The notes beneath the pieces are model-generated. The model had not been told where the DNA came from, did no database searches, and worked only from the letters and a program-made list of their open reading frames with translations. A stretch of 64,000 bases of DNA. It comes from Nanobdellota archaeon. GTDB taxonomy: Archaea > Nanobdellota > Nanobdellia > Woesearchaeales > SM23-78. This document shows, piece after piece, positions 39,075 to 49,415 of this stretch; positions within the stretch are counted from its first letter, which is position 1, and the number at the start of each line of letters is the position of its first letter. The stretch lies in NCBI GenBank assembly GCA_018819305.1, contig JAHJQO010000014.1, positions 34,832 through 98,831 on the forward strand, given 5' to 3'. The position numbers were made by a program, and so were the translations under genes.

Positions 39075-40448
39075 ATGTTAAATTACAAAAATGACTCCTT
39101 ATTATTGAACAAAGAAACTGCTAACGATTTAATTAGAAATAAGAATACTGACTTCATTTTTATCGATAAAGAAAAGAAAATATTGAATTTATTCTCGGCT
39201 TTTGTAAAAAAAGATGACTTCATTAAGAAAGATGAACTATGTCAACCGCTACAAAAAACCATTTATGTGAAAATAACTCAAAAACTCTTAAATAAAATTA
39301 AAAACAGATTCAAAGATAAAAAAGAAATTATAATAATTCTAGAAAAATATACTGATCGAAGAATTGTCACAAAAGAAGGGGTTAATAGATGGTTTAACAC
39401 CAGAATAATTCCTTTTATTCTTTTAAGAATATTAAGCAAAGATAATGAAGAATTTGCAGAATTCATAAAAGAAATTGATTACATTACTGATTTCTTAAAT
39501 AAAAGCAAATTTTACTGTCCGAAAACATTAGATGAATTATTAACACCAAAAATATTTTATCTCTGTGGATGCTCAGTTGGAGACGGTCATATAGATAAAA
39601 CAGGCAAAAGATGGGTTTTGGTGGATGGAAGCTCTAACAAAGAAAGATTACTTCAATCTCACAAATTCGTAGTTAACTTATCAAATTTACTTGAAAATTT
39701 AGGGATGAAATCAAGTATAAAATTAAAGAAAACAAAATGTATTTTAACAGCAAATAACAAACCTTTTTGTAGGTTTCTAAACTTCTTCTTTGGCTTGCCT
39801 TATGGAAAGAAAAAAGAAGTTGTATTAAGAAAACCAATTATACTAAATCAGAGTAAGAAAGATTTAGAAAAATACTTCTGGAGAGGATGTTTTGACACAG
39901 ACGGGAGTGTGAATAAAGATGGTACAATAGATTTATGTTCTTCAGATAATAATCTACTAACTGAATGTGAATCATATTTGGAAAACATAGGTATTAAAAC
40001 AAAAAAAAACAATATATTAATTACCATTAATATTCAAGAACTAAAGAAATTCACACAAATCGGTTTTGCTCATCAACGAAAACAAAAAGAATTCTTAAAA
40101 ATACTTAGACGAGGATTAAAACAGGAAAAAATGAATATAAGAGACAGTGAAAAGGTAGATACAAATTTATCAAGGATACATGATTTAATAAGAATCGATG
40201 GCAACTACAGAATAAGAATTCACAGAAGAAACCTTAAAAAGAGCGATATTGATGAAGAGGGAATAAGAAAAATCATTAAAGAAATGTTTGGATATGATCT
40301 AAAAGAAACAAGGAAATTACTTTATTTCAAATCCAAAAAAGTATATGAATACTTAAATAAGCGTCTTAAATCAGAGTCATATTGGAAACCTATAAATACT
40401 CAAGAAGAAGCCCAATTATTAGAAGAATGGAATGAGGTTTGGAATTAA
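39075..40448 (+). mobile_element. Free-standing LAGLIDADG homing endonuclease
   Basis: FYLCGCSVGDGH and YFWRGCFDTDGS motifs; stop codon abuts the ABCE1 ATG. Confidence 0.85.
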
Positions 40449-42185
40449 ATGACAAGATTAGCTATTGTTGACAATAACAAACTAAAAGATATGGCTTTGA
40501 AAAAACACATACAAAGTTTATGTCCTGTTAATAGAACAGGAAGTGATTGCATGTATTTTGAGGGTTCAAAGCTTTTAATAGATGAAGCTTTATGCATTGG
40601 ATGCGGAATTTGCACTAAACCCGCTTTAGAAGCAATTCACATAGTTAATCTGCCAGAGGAATTAAAAAAAGAACCTGTGCATCGTTATGGAAAAAATGGT
40701 TTTGCTCTTTACAGCCTGCCAATCCCAATCAATGGAAAAGTTGTTGGTATTGTTGGAAAAAACGGCATTGGAAAAACCACTGCTCTTAAAATTCTTGCAG
40801 GTATTGAAAAGCCTAACTTTGGAATTCCAGGGGCAGAAGCAAGTTATGATGAGTTGATTGATTATTTTAAAGGTAGTGAGGCGCAGGGTTTTTTTGAAAA
40901 GCTCAAAAAAGGCGAAGTTGTTATTAGTTACAAGCCTCAGCAAGTTGATTTGATTCCTAAGCAATACAAAGGAACTGTCAAGGATTTGCTTGTCAAAGTT
41001 GACGAGAAAAAAGAACTTGACAAAATGGCTGAAGTGCTAGAGTTAAAAGAGATTCTTGACCATGATATTTCTAAGATTAGTGGCGGTGAACTTCAAAGAG
41101 TTGCTATTGCTGCCTGTGTTCTGAAAAAAGCAAATGTTTATTTTTTTGACGAACCAACCAGTTTTCTGGATGTCAAGCAAAGACTTAAGATAAGTCAGTT
41201 CATAAGAAACCTTGTTAATGAAGAAACTGGCGTAATTGTTGTTGAGCACGACCTGATAATTCTTGACTACATGGCTGACTTGATTCATTTGATGTATGGT
41301 AAACCAGGTGCTTTTGGAGTTGTAAGTCAGCCAAAGAGTGCAAAAGGTGGTATTAATGTTTATTTGTCTGGATTTTTAAAAGAAGAAAATGTGAGGTTCA
41401 GGGATGAAACAATAAAATTTGAAGCCAGACCTCCTATTGACATGAAACGAATGCATTTATTAACAGAGTGGGAAGGTTTCAAGCAAAAACTTGAAAGCTT
41501 TGAATTAGTAGCAGAAAAAGGAAATATCTATAAGCAGGATATTGTTGGTGTTCTTGGAGAAAACGGCATTGGAAAAACAACTTTTGTAAGAGTTCTTGCA
41601 GGTGAAATCAAAGGTCATGAATTAGAAGGACTTGGAATAAGTTATAAGCCACAGTATCTTGATTCAAGTGATGAACTTGTTATGAGTTTTATTCCGCTTG
41701 CAGTTCACAAATATGATGCTCAGCTTGTAAAGCCACTGGGCTTAAAGAATTTATTAATGAGAAAATTAAATGAGCTAAGTGGTGGAGAGTTGCAAAGAGT
41801 GTGGATTGCAAAATGTTTGAGTGAAGATTCTGATTTGATTCTTATGGACGAACCATCTGCTTATCTTGATGTAGAACAAAGGCTAAGCTTAGGAAAGATT
41901 ATACGAGATATGCTAAAGATTACAGGCAGAAGTGCACTTATAGTTGATCATGACTTATTGTTTATTGACACAATTTCTGACAGGCTCACTGTTTTTGAAG
42001 GAAAACCAGCAGTGCATGGCAAAGTAACAGGCCCATTCCCAATGGAAGAAGGCATGAATCACTTCCTTGACCACATCGACGTAACCTTCAGAAGAGATGA
42101 AGAAAGCAAAAGACCTCGCATCAACAAGCTAGGCAGCCAAAAAGACAAAGAACAGAAAAGAACAGGAAAATTGTATTATTCTTAA
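40449..42185 (+). CDS. rli: ABCE1/RLI ribosome recycling ATPase
   Basis: CIGCGIC, IVNLPEEL, HRYG, GKNGIGKTT, SGGELQR twice, GENGIGKTT, TFRRD...RPRINK.GS.KD.EQK..G.YY. Confidence 0.95.
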   Translation: MTRLAIVDNNKLKDMALKKHIQSLCPVNRTGSDCMYFEGSKLLIDEALCIGCGICTKPALEAIHIVNLPEELKKEPVHRYGKNGFALYSLPIPINGKVVGIVGKNGIGKTTALKILAGIEKPNFGIPGAEASYDELIDYFKGSEAQGFFEKLKKGEVVISYKPQQVDLIPKQYKGTVKDLLVKVDEKKELDKMAEVLELKEILDHDISKISGGELQRVAIAACVLKKANVYFFDEPTSFLDVKQRLKISQFIRNLVNEETGVIVVEHDLIILDYMADLIHLMYGKPGAFGVVSQPKSAKGGINVYLSGFLKEENVRFRDETIKFEARPPIDMKRMHLLTEWEGFKQKLESFELVAEKGNIYKQDIVGVLGENGIGKTTFVRVLAGEIKGHELEGLGISYKPQYLDSSDELVMSFIPLAVHKYDAQLVKPLGLKNLLMRKLNELSGGELQRVWIAKCLSEDSDLILMDEPSAYLDVEQRLSLGKIIRDMLKITGRSALIVDHDLLFIDTISDRLTVFEGKPAVHGKVTGPFPMEEGMNHFLDHIDVTFRRDEESKRPRINKLGSQKDKEQKRTGKLYYS

Positions 42186-42232
42186 CTTACCATTACAAAA
42201 TTAATAAAAAGCCAACATTTAAATATTATGTA

Positions 42233-43105
42233 ATGGTACTTATTCTTATGAGAGTAATAAAAAGAAAAAAAGGCAGCAAAGAATACTATTATCTTCAGCA
42301 TTCATTCAGAATAAAGGGCAAAGTGGTGACTAGAGAAAAATATCTTGGTAAAGAAATACCTGTAATCATAGAAGAAATAAAAAAAGCTTTTGAAGAAAAA
42401 ACATCTAAACAAGAATTGTATAAAAAACTAGAGAAAATAAAACAAGGCTTTCAAAAAGAGTGGAAAAAATACCCTGAAAGCATAAAAAACAAGATAAAAA
42501 AACAGATTTCGATAGAATTAACCTATAACACAAACGCAATAGAAGGCTCAACAATAACACTAGAAGAAACAAGAGAAATAATAGAAGACCAAATAGCGCC
42601 AAACAAACCATTAAAAGATGTAAAAGAAACAGAATCACACTCAGAACTTTTTCTAAAAATACTAAAAAACAAAGAAAAGATAAGCATAAAAACAATGATA
42701 AAATGGCACAAAGAACTATTCAAAGACACTAAACAAGACATTGCAGGAATAATAAGAGAATACAATGTGAGAGTTGGAAACCACACAGCACCTGACTGGC
42801 AAGAAATTAAAAAACTACTGAAAAAACTAATTGATTTCTATAAAAAAAATAAAGAAACAAACCCTGTTGAATTAGCAGCCAAAACACATTATCAATTCGA
42901 GAAGATCCATCCCTTTGGAGATGGCAATGGCAGAATAGGAAGACTCATAATAAATAATACGCTTTGGAGCGCAGGATATCCAATGCTGATAATCGAGTAC
43001 AAGAAACGAAAAGGTTATTACAAAGCATTGCAAAAAGACGAAGAAAAATTTTTCAATTATTTTGCAAGAAAATATTTGAAAGTGCATAGCAAATATTTGA
43101 AATAG
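42233..43105 (+). CDS. Fic family protein
   Basis: TYNTNAIEGST; HPFGDGNGRIGR Fic motif. Confidence 0.9.
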   Translation: MVLILMRVIKRKKGSKEYYYLQHSFRIKGKVVTREKYLGKEIPVIIEEIKKAFEEKTSKQELYKKLEKIKQGFQKEWKKYPESIKNKIKKQISIELTYNTNAIEGSTITLEETREIIEDQIAPNKPLKDVKETESHSELFLKILKNKEKISIKTMIKWHKELFKDTKQDIAGIIREYNVRVGNHTAPDWQEIKKLLKKLIDFYKKNKETNPVELAAKTHYQFEKIHPFGDGNGRIGRLIINNTLWSAGYPMLIIEYKKRKGYYKALQKDEEKFFNYFARKYLKVHSKYLK

Positions 43106-43110
43106 AAAAA

Positions 43111-44235
43111 TCACCTCAAACTTTCATATCCGCCAGGAATTCCTTTTTTTGAAAGCACTATCTGCCATAACTGGTTGTTTCTTGCTCTGAAACCTCCTGC
43201 ACAGCTTAGTATATAATATTCCCACATTCTAAAGAATCTGTCATCGTATTTTGGATTCTTTTTTATTTCATTCCAGTTCTTTGTAAAATTATCATACCAA
43301 GCCATTAATGTTTTATCATAATCTGCTCCAAAATTATGCCAGTCTTCAATCATAAACAATCCTTCGATTGCTTTTGTCAGCTGAACAGGAGAAGGAAGCA
43401 TTCCATCAGGAAAAATATATTTATGCATCCATGGCTCTCCTATAACAGAACTCTTGTTGCCTGCTATTGTATGCAAGAGAAACAAACCGTCATCTTTTAA
43501 ACAATTATTTGCAATTTCCATATAAGTTCTATAGTTCTTATATCCGACATGTTCTATCATTCCAACAGATACTATTCTGTCAAACTTGCCTTTAATATTT
43601 CTGTAATCTTCTAATTTTATTTCAACATTTAATCCTTTACATATATCTACTGCAAGTTTTGCCTGTTCTTTGGAAACAGTTATACCCACAACTTTTACTT
43701 TACATTTCTCTGCAGCATATTTTGCAAAGCCTCCCCAACCGCATCCTATATCAAGTACTCGCATGCCTTTTTTTAATCCTAGTTTTTTGCAGATTAAGTC
43801 AAGTTTTGCTTCCTGCGCCTGGTCAAGGGTTTTTGCATTTTTCCAATAGCCGCAGCTATAATTCATTCTTTTATCAAGCATTAGTTTGTATAGGTCATTG
43901 CCTATATCATAATGAGCTTTCCCAATATTATATGCTCGGGATTTTTTTTGAAGATTAAACAGTTTTGCCTTCAGAGCAATCATCAATACAGGTGCTCCTT
44001 GCACTTGGTCTCTTAAATTAGCCATTAAGAATTTATGAAAGAACTGATCAAGTGCTTTGCAATCCCACCAGGCGTCCATATAACTTTCTCCAAGGCCTAG
44101 TGTGCCCTGGCTAAGAACTCTTTTGTAAATTCTTTCATCATGCACTTGAATGTCCCAAGGCCTGCTGCCATTAATCTTCACATCAGCAAGAGCTAATATT
44201 TGTTTTGCAGTTTGTATATAATTGTTTTTTGCCAT
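43111..44235 (-). CDS. cfa: Cyclopropane-fatty-acyl-phospholipid synthase
   Basis: GLGESYMD, HYDIGNDLY, YSCGYW, LDIGCGWG, SVGMIEHVG, KYIFP, RMWEYY. Confidence 0.92.
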   Translation of the reverse strand: MAKNNYIQTAKQILALADVKINGSRPWDIQVHDERIYKRVLSQGTLGLGESYMDAWWDCKALDQFFHKFLMANLRDQVQGAPVLMIALKAKLFNLQKKSRAYNIGKAHYDIGNDLYKLMLDKRMNYSCGYWKNAKTLDQAQEAKLDLICKKLGLKKGMRVLDIGCGWGGFAKYAAEKCKVKVVGITVSKEQAKLAVDICKGLNVEIKLEDYRNIKGKFDRIVSVGMIEHVGYKNYRTYMEIANNCLKDDGLFLLHTIAGNKSSVIGEPWMHKYIFPDGMLPSPVQLTKAIEGLFMIEDWHNFGADYDKTLMAWYDNFTKNWNEIKKNPKYDDRFFRMWEYYILSCAGGFRARNNQLWQIVLSKKGIPGGYESLR

Positions 44236-44296
44236 GAAAATCCTCTCAATAAGAAAAAGTAATCAGAACGATTTTATAATATTTGCGATAATAAAA

Positions 44297-45004
44297 CTAT
44301 CTCCCTCCTAAATATATACTCTTTATCTTGGGATTATTGACGATGTTTTTTCCGCCTGTCAGAGCGACTTTACCATCTTCAAGAACATAAGTCCTGTGCG
44401 CAATTTTTATTGCCTGCTTTGCATTCTGCTCAACAATCAAAACTGCTGTTCTTTCTTTATTTATATCTATTATTTTTTGAAAGATTTCCTTTGTTAGTTT
44501 TGGAGAAAGACCAAGACTTGGTTCATCTAAAAGCAACAACTGAGGGTCCTGCATGAGTGCTCTTCCCATTGCCAGCATTTGCTGCTGTCCTCCGCTCAGA
44601 GCAAAACCATATTGATTTGTTTTTTCTTTGAGCACTGGAAACTTTGCAAACACATCTTTCATCTTCTTTTTTATCAATACTTTGTCATCTGTGATAAAAG
44701 CTCCCATTTCAAGATTCTCTTTAACTGTAAGAGAAGAAAACACTTGTCTTCCCTGAGGCACATAACTAATTCCTAATCTTACTAACTCACTGGTATTTAA
44801 CTTTGTAATATTCTTGTCTCTATAAATTATCTTTCCACCATAATTTGTTGTCAAGCCAAATATGGATTTGAGAACAGTGCTCTTGCCAGCGCCATTAGGA
44901 CCAATAAGAGCAACAATCTCATCAGGTTTTATGGTTATATCTACATCTTCCAAAACCCTGAACTTTCCATACCCTGCTGCTAAATCCTTAATTGATAAAA
45001 TCAT
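44297..45004 (-). CDS. livF: Branched-chain amino acid ABC ATPase
   Basis: GPNGAGKST, YVPQGRQVF, LSGGQQQMLAMGRALM, DEPSLGLSP, VEQN. Confidence 0.9.
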   Translation of the reverse strand: MILSIKDLAAGYGKFRVLEDVDITIKPDEIVALIGPNGAGKSTVLKSIFGLTTNYGGKIIYRDKNITKLNTSELVRLGISYVPQGRQVFSSLTVKENLEMGAFITDDKVLIKKKMKDVFAKFPVLKEKTNQYGFALSGGQQQMLAMGRALMQDPQLLLLDEPSLGLSPKLTKEIFQKIIDINKERTAVLIVEQNAKQAIKIAHRTYVLEDGKVALTGGKNIVNNPKIKSIYLGGR

Positions 45005-45762
45005 TTTCCTAAATAAGCCTCAAGGACTTTTTTGTTTTTTCTTACTTTTCCTGGCTTGTCAGCCATTAATTTTTTTCCTGCATCAAGCACTATCACCTCA
45101 TCTGATAAACTCATTACAAAATCCATGTCATGCTCAATCAATAATATTGTTTTCCCCTGACTTCTGAGTTTTCTCAGCAAAACCTTTAATCTTTTTCTAA
45201 TAAATGGATTAACTCCTGCTGTTGGCTCGTCAAGCATTAATAATTTATAATCCATCATTAATGCTCTTGCAAGTTCAACTAATCTTTTCTGCCCATAAGA
45301 TAATTCAGATGTTAATGTTGATAATGGCTTTGTCAGTCCAACCAAGTTCACAACCTGTTTGACTTTTTTCAATAGGGATTTGCTCGGCTTTCTTGTGAAA
45401 AAAAATGATTTAAAGAAATTCTCTCCAGGATGATGCTTTGCAAGCAACAGATTTTCTTCAATTGTCAAATTATCAAATAGTCTTACTTTTTGAAAAGTCC
45501 TTGCCAGGCCTTTGTTAGCAATATAATGTGTTGGCTTATCTGTTATATCTTCATTCATAAATATTATATTGCCGCTGTTGGTTTTCAGCAGACCAGTAAT
45601 TAAGTTAAAAGCAGTTGTTTTTCCAGCGCCATTAGGACCGATTAAGCCTGTTATCTGGCCTTTTTTAACATAAAAAGAGCAGTTCCTAACTGCTTTGACC
45701 CCTCCAAAATGTTTCGATACATTATTGAATTCTAGTATTGTATCTGGCTGTTTTGTATTCAT
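45001..45762 (-). CDS. livG: Branched-chain amino acid ABC ATPase
   Basis: FGGVKAV, GPNGAGKTT, LSYGQKRLVELARAL, IEHDM, EAYLG. Confidence 0.9.
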   Translation of the reverse strand: MNTKQPDTILEFNNVSKHFGGVKAVRNCSFYVKKGQITGLIGPNGAGKTTAFNLITGLLKTNSGNIIFMNEDITDKPTHYIANKGLARTFQKVRLFDNLTIEENLLLAKHHPGENFFKSFFFTRKPSKSLLKKVKQVVNLVGLTKPLSTLTSELSYGQKRLVELARALMMDYKLLMLDEPTAGVNPFIRKRLKVLLRKLRSQGKTILLIEHDMDFVMSLSDEVIVLDAGKKLMADKPGKVRKNKKVLEAYLGK

Positions 45763-46640
45763 TATGATTCACCAAGTTCTACTCTGCCAAATATTCCTTT
45801 TGGCCTGAAATAAAGTATTAACAACAAAATTAATGCATAAAGTATCTGCCTGGCAGGCCCTACAATGCTGCTTGGAAATCCCAGGAATCTTAAAGGCTCT
45901 GGAAGTATTAATAATATGATCGCGCCCACTATTGCTCCTTTGCTGCTTCCCAAGCCGCCAACAATAATTATGCTGAATAACAAGATTACTTCCAGCAAAC
46001 TGAAAGTAGTCGGATCAATAAAGGATATATAATGAGCATAAAGACTTCCTGCTATTCCTGCAAAAAAAGCAGAAACAGTCAGGGCAATTGCTTTTGTTTT
46101 GTAAACATCTTTTCCTAATGTACTGGCAGCGACTTCATCATCTCTTGTTGCTTCAAGCATTCTACCAAACGGACTTTTTTCAACTCTGACAATCAAGAAT
46201 ACACAAATAGCCATTACAACTGCGCTAAAAATTAAGTAGCCTAGCTGCGAACTGACTGTTATGCCAAAGAATTCTGGCCTTGGAATGCCTGGCAGACCCA
46301 GAGGGCCTCTTGTTAATGAAACCCAGTTTTTCAGAACACTCTCAATTATAAATGCAAAGCCAAGGGTTGCAACTGCAAGATAATCTCCTTTAAGTTTTGT
46401 TGTTGGAAGCGACAATACAAATCCTGCAATACCTGCCATTATTGCTCCTGCAATGAGTGCTGGCAAAAATGGAGTTCCTCCAAGTGTCAGCAATGCAGAA
46501 GTGTATGCTCCTATTCCAAAGAACGCAACATGACCCATGTTAAGCATTCCTGCAAAACCAACAGTTAAATCCAAGCTTACAGCCAAGACTATGTAAATGC
46601 AAATCAAAATTAAGATATGGATTAAGTAGGCTTCTATCAT
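45762..46640 (-). CDS. livM: Branched-chain amino acid ABC permease
   Basis: GHVAFFGIGAY, LKGDYLAVATLGF, SPFGR, LYFRPKGI. Confidence 0.9.
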   Translation of the reverse strand: MIEAYLIHILILICIYIVLAVSLDLTVGFAGMLNMGHVAFFGIGAYTSALLTLGGTPFLPALIAGAIMAGIAGFVLSLPTTKLKGDYLAVATLGFAFIIESVLKNWVSLTRGPLGLPGIPRPEFFGITVSSQLGYLIFSAVVMAICVFLIVRVEKSPFGRMLEATRDDEVAASTLGKDVYKTKAIALTVSAFFAGIAGSLYAHYISFIDPTTFSLLEVILLFSIIIVGGLGSSKGAIVGAIILLILPEPLRFLGFPSSIVGPARQILYALILLLILYFRPKGIFGRVELGES

Positions 46641-47521
46641 TTATTATTAACACCTCTTTTAATCCCAAGTATTCCTTGAGGCCTGATTAACAAGAATATA
46701 AATAAGAGAACAAATGCAATTGCATCTTTGTAGCCAGATGGCAGGAACCAAATTCCAAAGTTCTCAACCAATCCAAGTAGGTAAGAACCAAGCACTGCAC
46801 CAGGCACCATGTGAATTCCTCCAATAATCGCACCTGTAAAACCCTTGATGATTAAACTAAAGCCCATGTTAGGCTCAACATTCTGCTCAAGAGCAATTAG
46901 CACTGCTGCAATGCCTGCAATAGCACTGCCAATCATAAATGTTATGTTGTAGATTTTCTCAGGATTAATGCCCACAGTCTGGGCAACTTCTTTATTATCA
47001 GCAACTGCTCGCATAGCTTTTCCAAGTCTTGTTTTTTTCATAAAAAGCCATAATAATACAAGGAGAATAACTGACACTAGAACAATGATTATCTGCAACT
47101 CGGTTATTATTCCTCCAAAAACATTTAAGCCTGTGCTTATCTGTCCTAAGCGCACAGTTTTAATGTCAGCTCCAAACACTGCAATCATCAAAGACTGGAA
47201 CAAGATAAACATTGCCAGACTGGCAATTAGCAATACTGCATTTGTTGCTTTTCGCTTTCTCATAGGCCTATAACACAACAAGTTCATTAACAAGCCAAAC
47301 AATGCTGCAAAGATGATTGTTAAGATGGCTGACAGCCAAAAAGGAAATTTAAGCATTCCTGCAAAGAAAAACAAAATAAAAGCAGACACAGTAACAACAG
47401 CGCCATGAGCAAAATGCATGAACTTAGCCACAGAATAAATTAGGCTGAAGCCAGAGGCTATCAAAGCATAAATACTACCTGCAATAATACTATTTATCAA
47501 TAATTGAACAACAATACTCAC
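46637..47521 (-). CDS. livH: Branched-chain amino acid ABC permease
   Basis: GSIYALIASGFSLIY, HFAHG, TRLGKAMRAVADN, RPQGILG. Confidence 0.9.
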   Translation of the reverse strand: MSIVVQLLINSIIAGSIYALIASGFSLIYSVAKFMHFAHGAVVTVSAFILFFFAGMLKFPFWLSAILTIIFAALFGLLMNLLCYRPMRKRKATNAVLLIASLAMFILFQSLMIAVFGADIKTVRLGQISTGLNVFGGIITELQIIIVLVSVILLVLLWLFMKKTRLGKAMRAVADNKEVAQTVGINPEKIYNITFMIGSAIAGIAAVLIALEQNVEPNMGFSLIIKGFTGAIIGGIHMVPGAVLGSYLLGLVENFGIWFLPSGYKDAIAFVLLFIFLLIRPQGILGIKRGVNNK

Positions 47522-47594
47522 TTTAACCTAATTCTCGTAAAATAGTTATTTAAAGCTTTTCATCAAAACCCTCAGTTCATATTTGATTTTCAAC

Positions 47595-47867
47595 TCAGTC
47601 TAATTGGTACGGTGCAATAACAAGTTCGCCCTGATCATTTAATTTCAGATAGTAAGGCTTGCCATCATATTTCAGCATGGTTTCAGGAATGCCATCTAAA
47701 TTCATATCTCGACAATATATTTGAATTTTTCTTGGCACGGCAAAATCCTGTTCCACAATATTGTTGTAAGGAACCGCCCTGCCTTTCGAATGCATTATTA
47801 TTCCTGTTGAAAAGACGCCTATAAAACTAGCAACCAAAGCCCCTGCTAAATAATCTTTTGCTCCCAT
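47595..47867 (-). CDS. Small hypothetical protein with N-terminal TM helix
   Basis: GGAGGG SD; DMNLDGIPE calcium-loop-like motif. Confidence 0.6.
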   Translation of the reverse strand: MGAKDYLAGALVASFIGVFSTGIIMHSKGRAVPYNNIVEQDFAVPRKIQIYCRDMNLDGIPETMLKYDGKPYYLKLNDQGELVIAPYQLD

Positions 47868-47927
47868 TTTTATCCCTCCATTTTCAATTATAAAACAATT
47901 TAATATAAAAAAAATAAAAAAATATTA

Positions 47928-48080
47928 TTATTCAGATAAAATTCTGTAAACTTCCTCCCTTAGTCCATCATACTTCACTCTGTGCAATGCATTCTTGATG
48001 TCATCTGGGTCGGTTCCTACTTGTCTCATAATAGCTACAAGTATTCTAACAGCATCACAGGTATGATGTGTGGTTATCAT
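47928..48080 (-). pseudogene. Fragment resembling the C-terminus of a LivK-type binding protein
   Basis: MITTHHTCDAVRILVAIMRQVGTDPDDIKNALHRVKYDG parallels RYDTVYITKNALEECGEDTDCIRDYLYDMDWYLG of the adjacent gene. Confidence 0.5.
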
Positions 48081-49249
48081 TACCTAATCACTGCCTCACT
48101 ATATTCTACAAGCACTGCTTCTCTATTAACTAACTCCTTAACTGCTCCTTTTATTCCCAACACATCTCCTTTCTTATCAAACTTGTATTTCCCAATGGTT
48201 CCTAAGTACCAGTCCATATCATAGAGGTAGTCTCTTATGCAATCAGTGTCCTCGCCACACTCTTCAAGTGCATTCTTGGTTATGTAAACAGTATCATATC
48301 TTGCTCCTGCATCCCAAAAGCTGAAAGGCTCTTTGTATCTTGAGTTATACTTTTCCATGAAAGCATCTGCTTTGGGATTAGACTTGTCTAAGAGTGGAGC
48401 ATCAAATACCTTTGCTCCTTCAAGCAAGTCACCAACAAGTTCTACAGACTCAGGTGCAAATAATAGAAAATTGCCGTATATTTTTACATCCATGCCTAGT
48501 TCTGCAGCCTGTTTTATTATAAGTCCAGGAGTATTACCACTGGTAGCTACATTGATAAACAAGGCATCTGGATTTACTGATTTTATCTTTGTCAGATAAG
48601 TCCTGAAATCTTTTTCTCCCGAAGCATAGCGCTCATCTGCTACAATATCAACATTAAAAGAGGGTAATTGTTCCTTAAGTCCTTTTCTTATTCCTATAGC
48701 ATAATCACTATTCTCTGTTATTATAGCAATCCTTTTGTTCTCTGCTATATAATGCAATAACGGACCAATTAAGTCTGGGTGAGTGTCTGGTATCGTTGTT
48801 CTAAAAACATAGTCTCCTGCATATGTTATGTCAGGGCTGCTTGAAAAAGCTGAGAAAAGAATTACTTTGTTTGCCTCTGTTATAGGAGCTGCTCCTAAGG
48901 TTTCACTTGAACAGGCACCTCCTAAAATTATTTTAACATTATCAATATTTATTAATTTCTGAGCTGCAGTAGCTGCTTCTTTACCACTACATTTACCATC
49001 TTCAAAGATTGCTTGTAAAGGTCTTCCATCTATTCCTCCTGCATTATTTATTTCTTCTACTGCTATATCAACTGCATTCTTTTCACCAATGCCAACAACA
49101 GCAGCATCCCCTGTAAGAGGACCAATAAAACCAATCTTAATTACTTCTTCTTTTTTAACAACTTCTCCTGTCGGTGTCTGGCTGCATCCAGCTATTAATA
49201 ATGCAAGCAAAGCAAGGCTTGCTAAAACAACAAAATTAATTTTTTTCAT
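48080..49249 (-). CDS. livK: Branched-chain amino acid ABC substrate-binding lipoprotein
   Basis: Lipobox LIAGC; IKIGFIGPLTG; EEINNAGGIDG; DFRTYLTKIK. Confidence 0.88.
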   Translation of the reverse strand: MKKINFVVLASLALLALLIAGCSQTPTGEVVKKEEVIKIGFIGPLTGDAAVVGIGEKNAVDIAVEEINNAGGIDGRPLQAIFEDGKCSGKEAATAAQKLINIDNVKIILGGACSSETLGAAPITEANKVILFSAFSSSPDITYAGDYVFRTTIPDTHPDLIGPLLHYIAENKRIAIITENSDYAIGIRKGLKEQLPSFNVDIVADERYASGEKDFRTYLTKIKSVNPDALFINVATSGNTPGLIIKQAAELGMDVKIYGNFLLFAPESVELVGDLLEGAKVFDAPLLDKSNPKADAFMEKYNSRYKEPFSFWDAGARYDTVYITKNALEECGEDTDCIRDYLYDMDWYLGTIGKYKFDKKGDVLGIKGAVKELVNREAVLVEYSEAVIR

Positions 49250-49415
49250 TTTATATCACCTTTTACTACTCATAGCTAAGTAAAACTCTCTCATATGCTG
49301 TCACTCAAGAATAACTAGTTAATAAAATATATATTTTGTCCATATACTATATATACTAATATTAATCCCTATATTTTCGAAATATTTATATACTTACTTT
49401 ACCCTCTTCTAGAGC

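Noticed and set aside
38957-40448. Group I/II or BHB intron in rli
   Set aside because: No recognisable ribozyme core or BHB found by eye; the downstream gene has its own complete start and lacks Cys 8, so splicing is not needed. Not formally excluded
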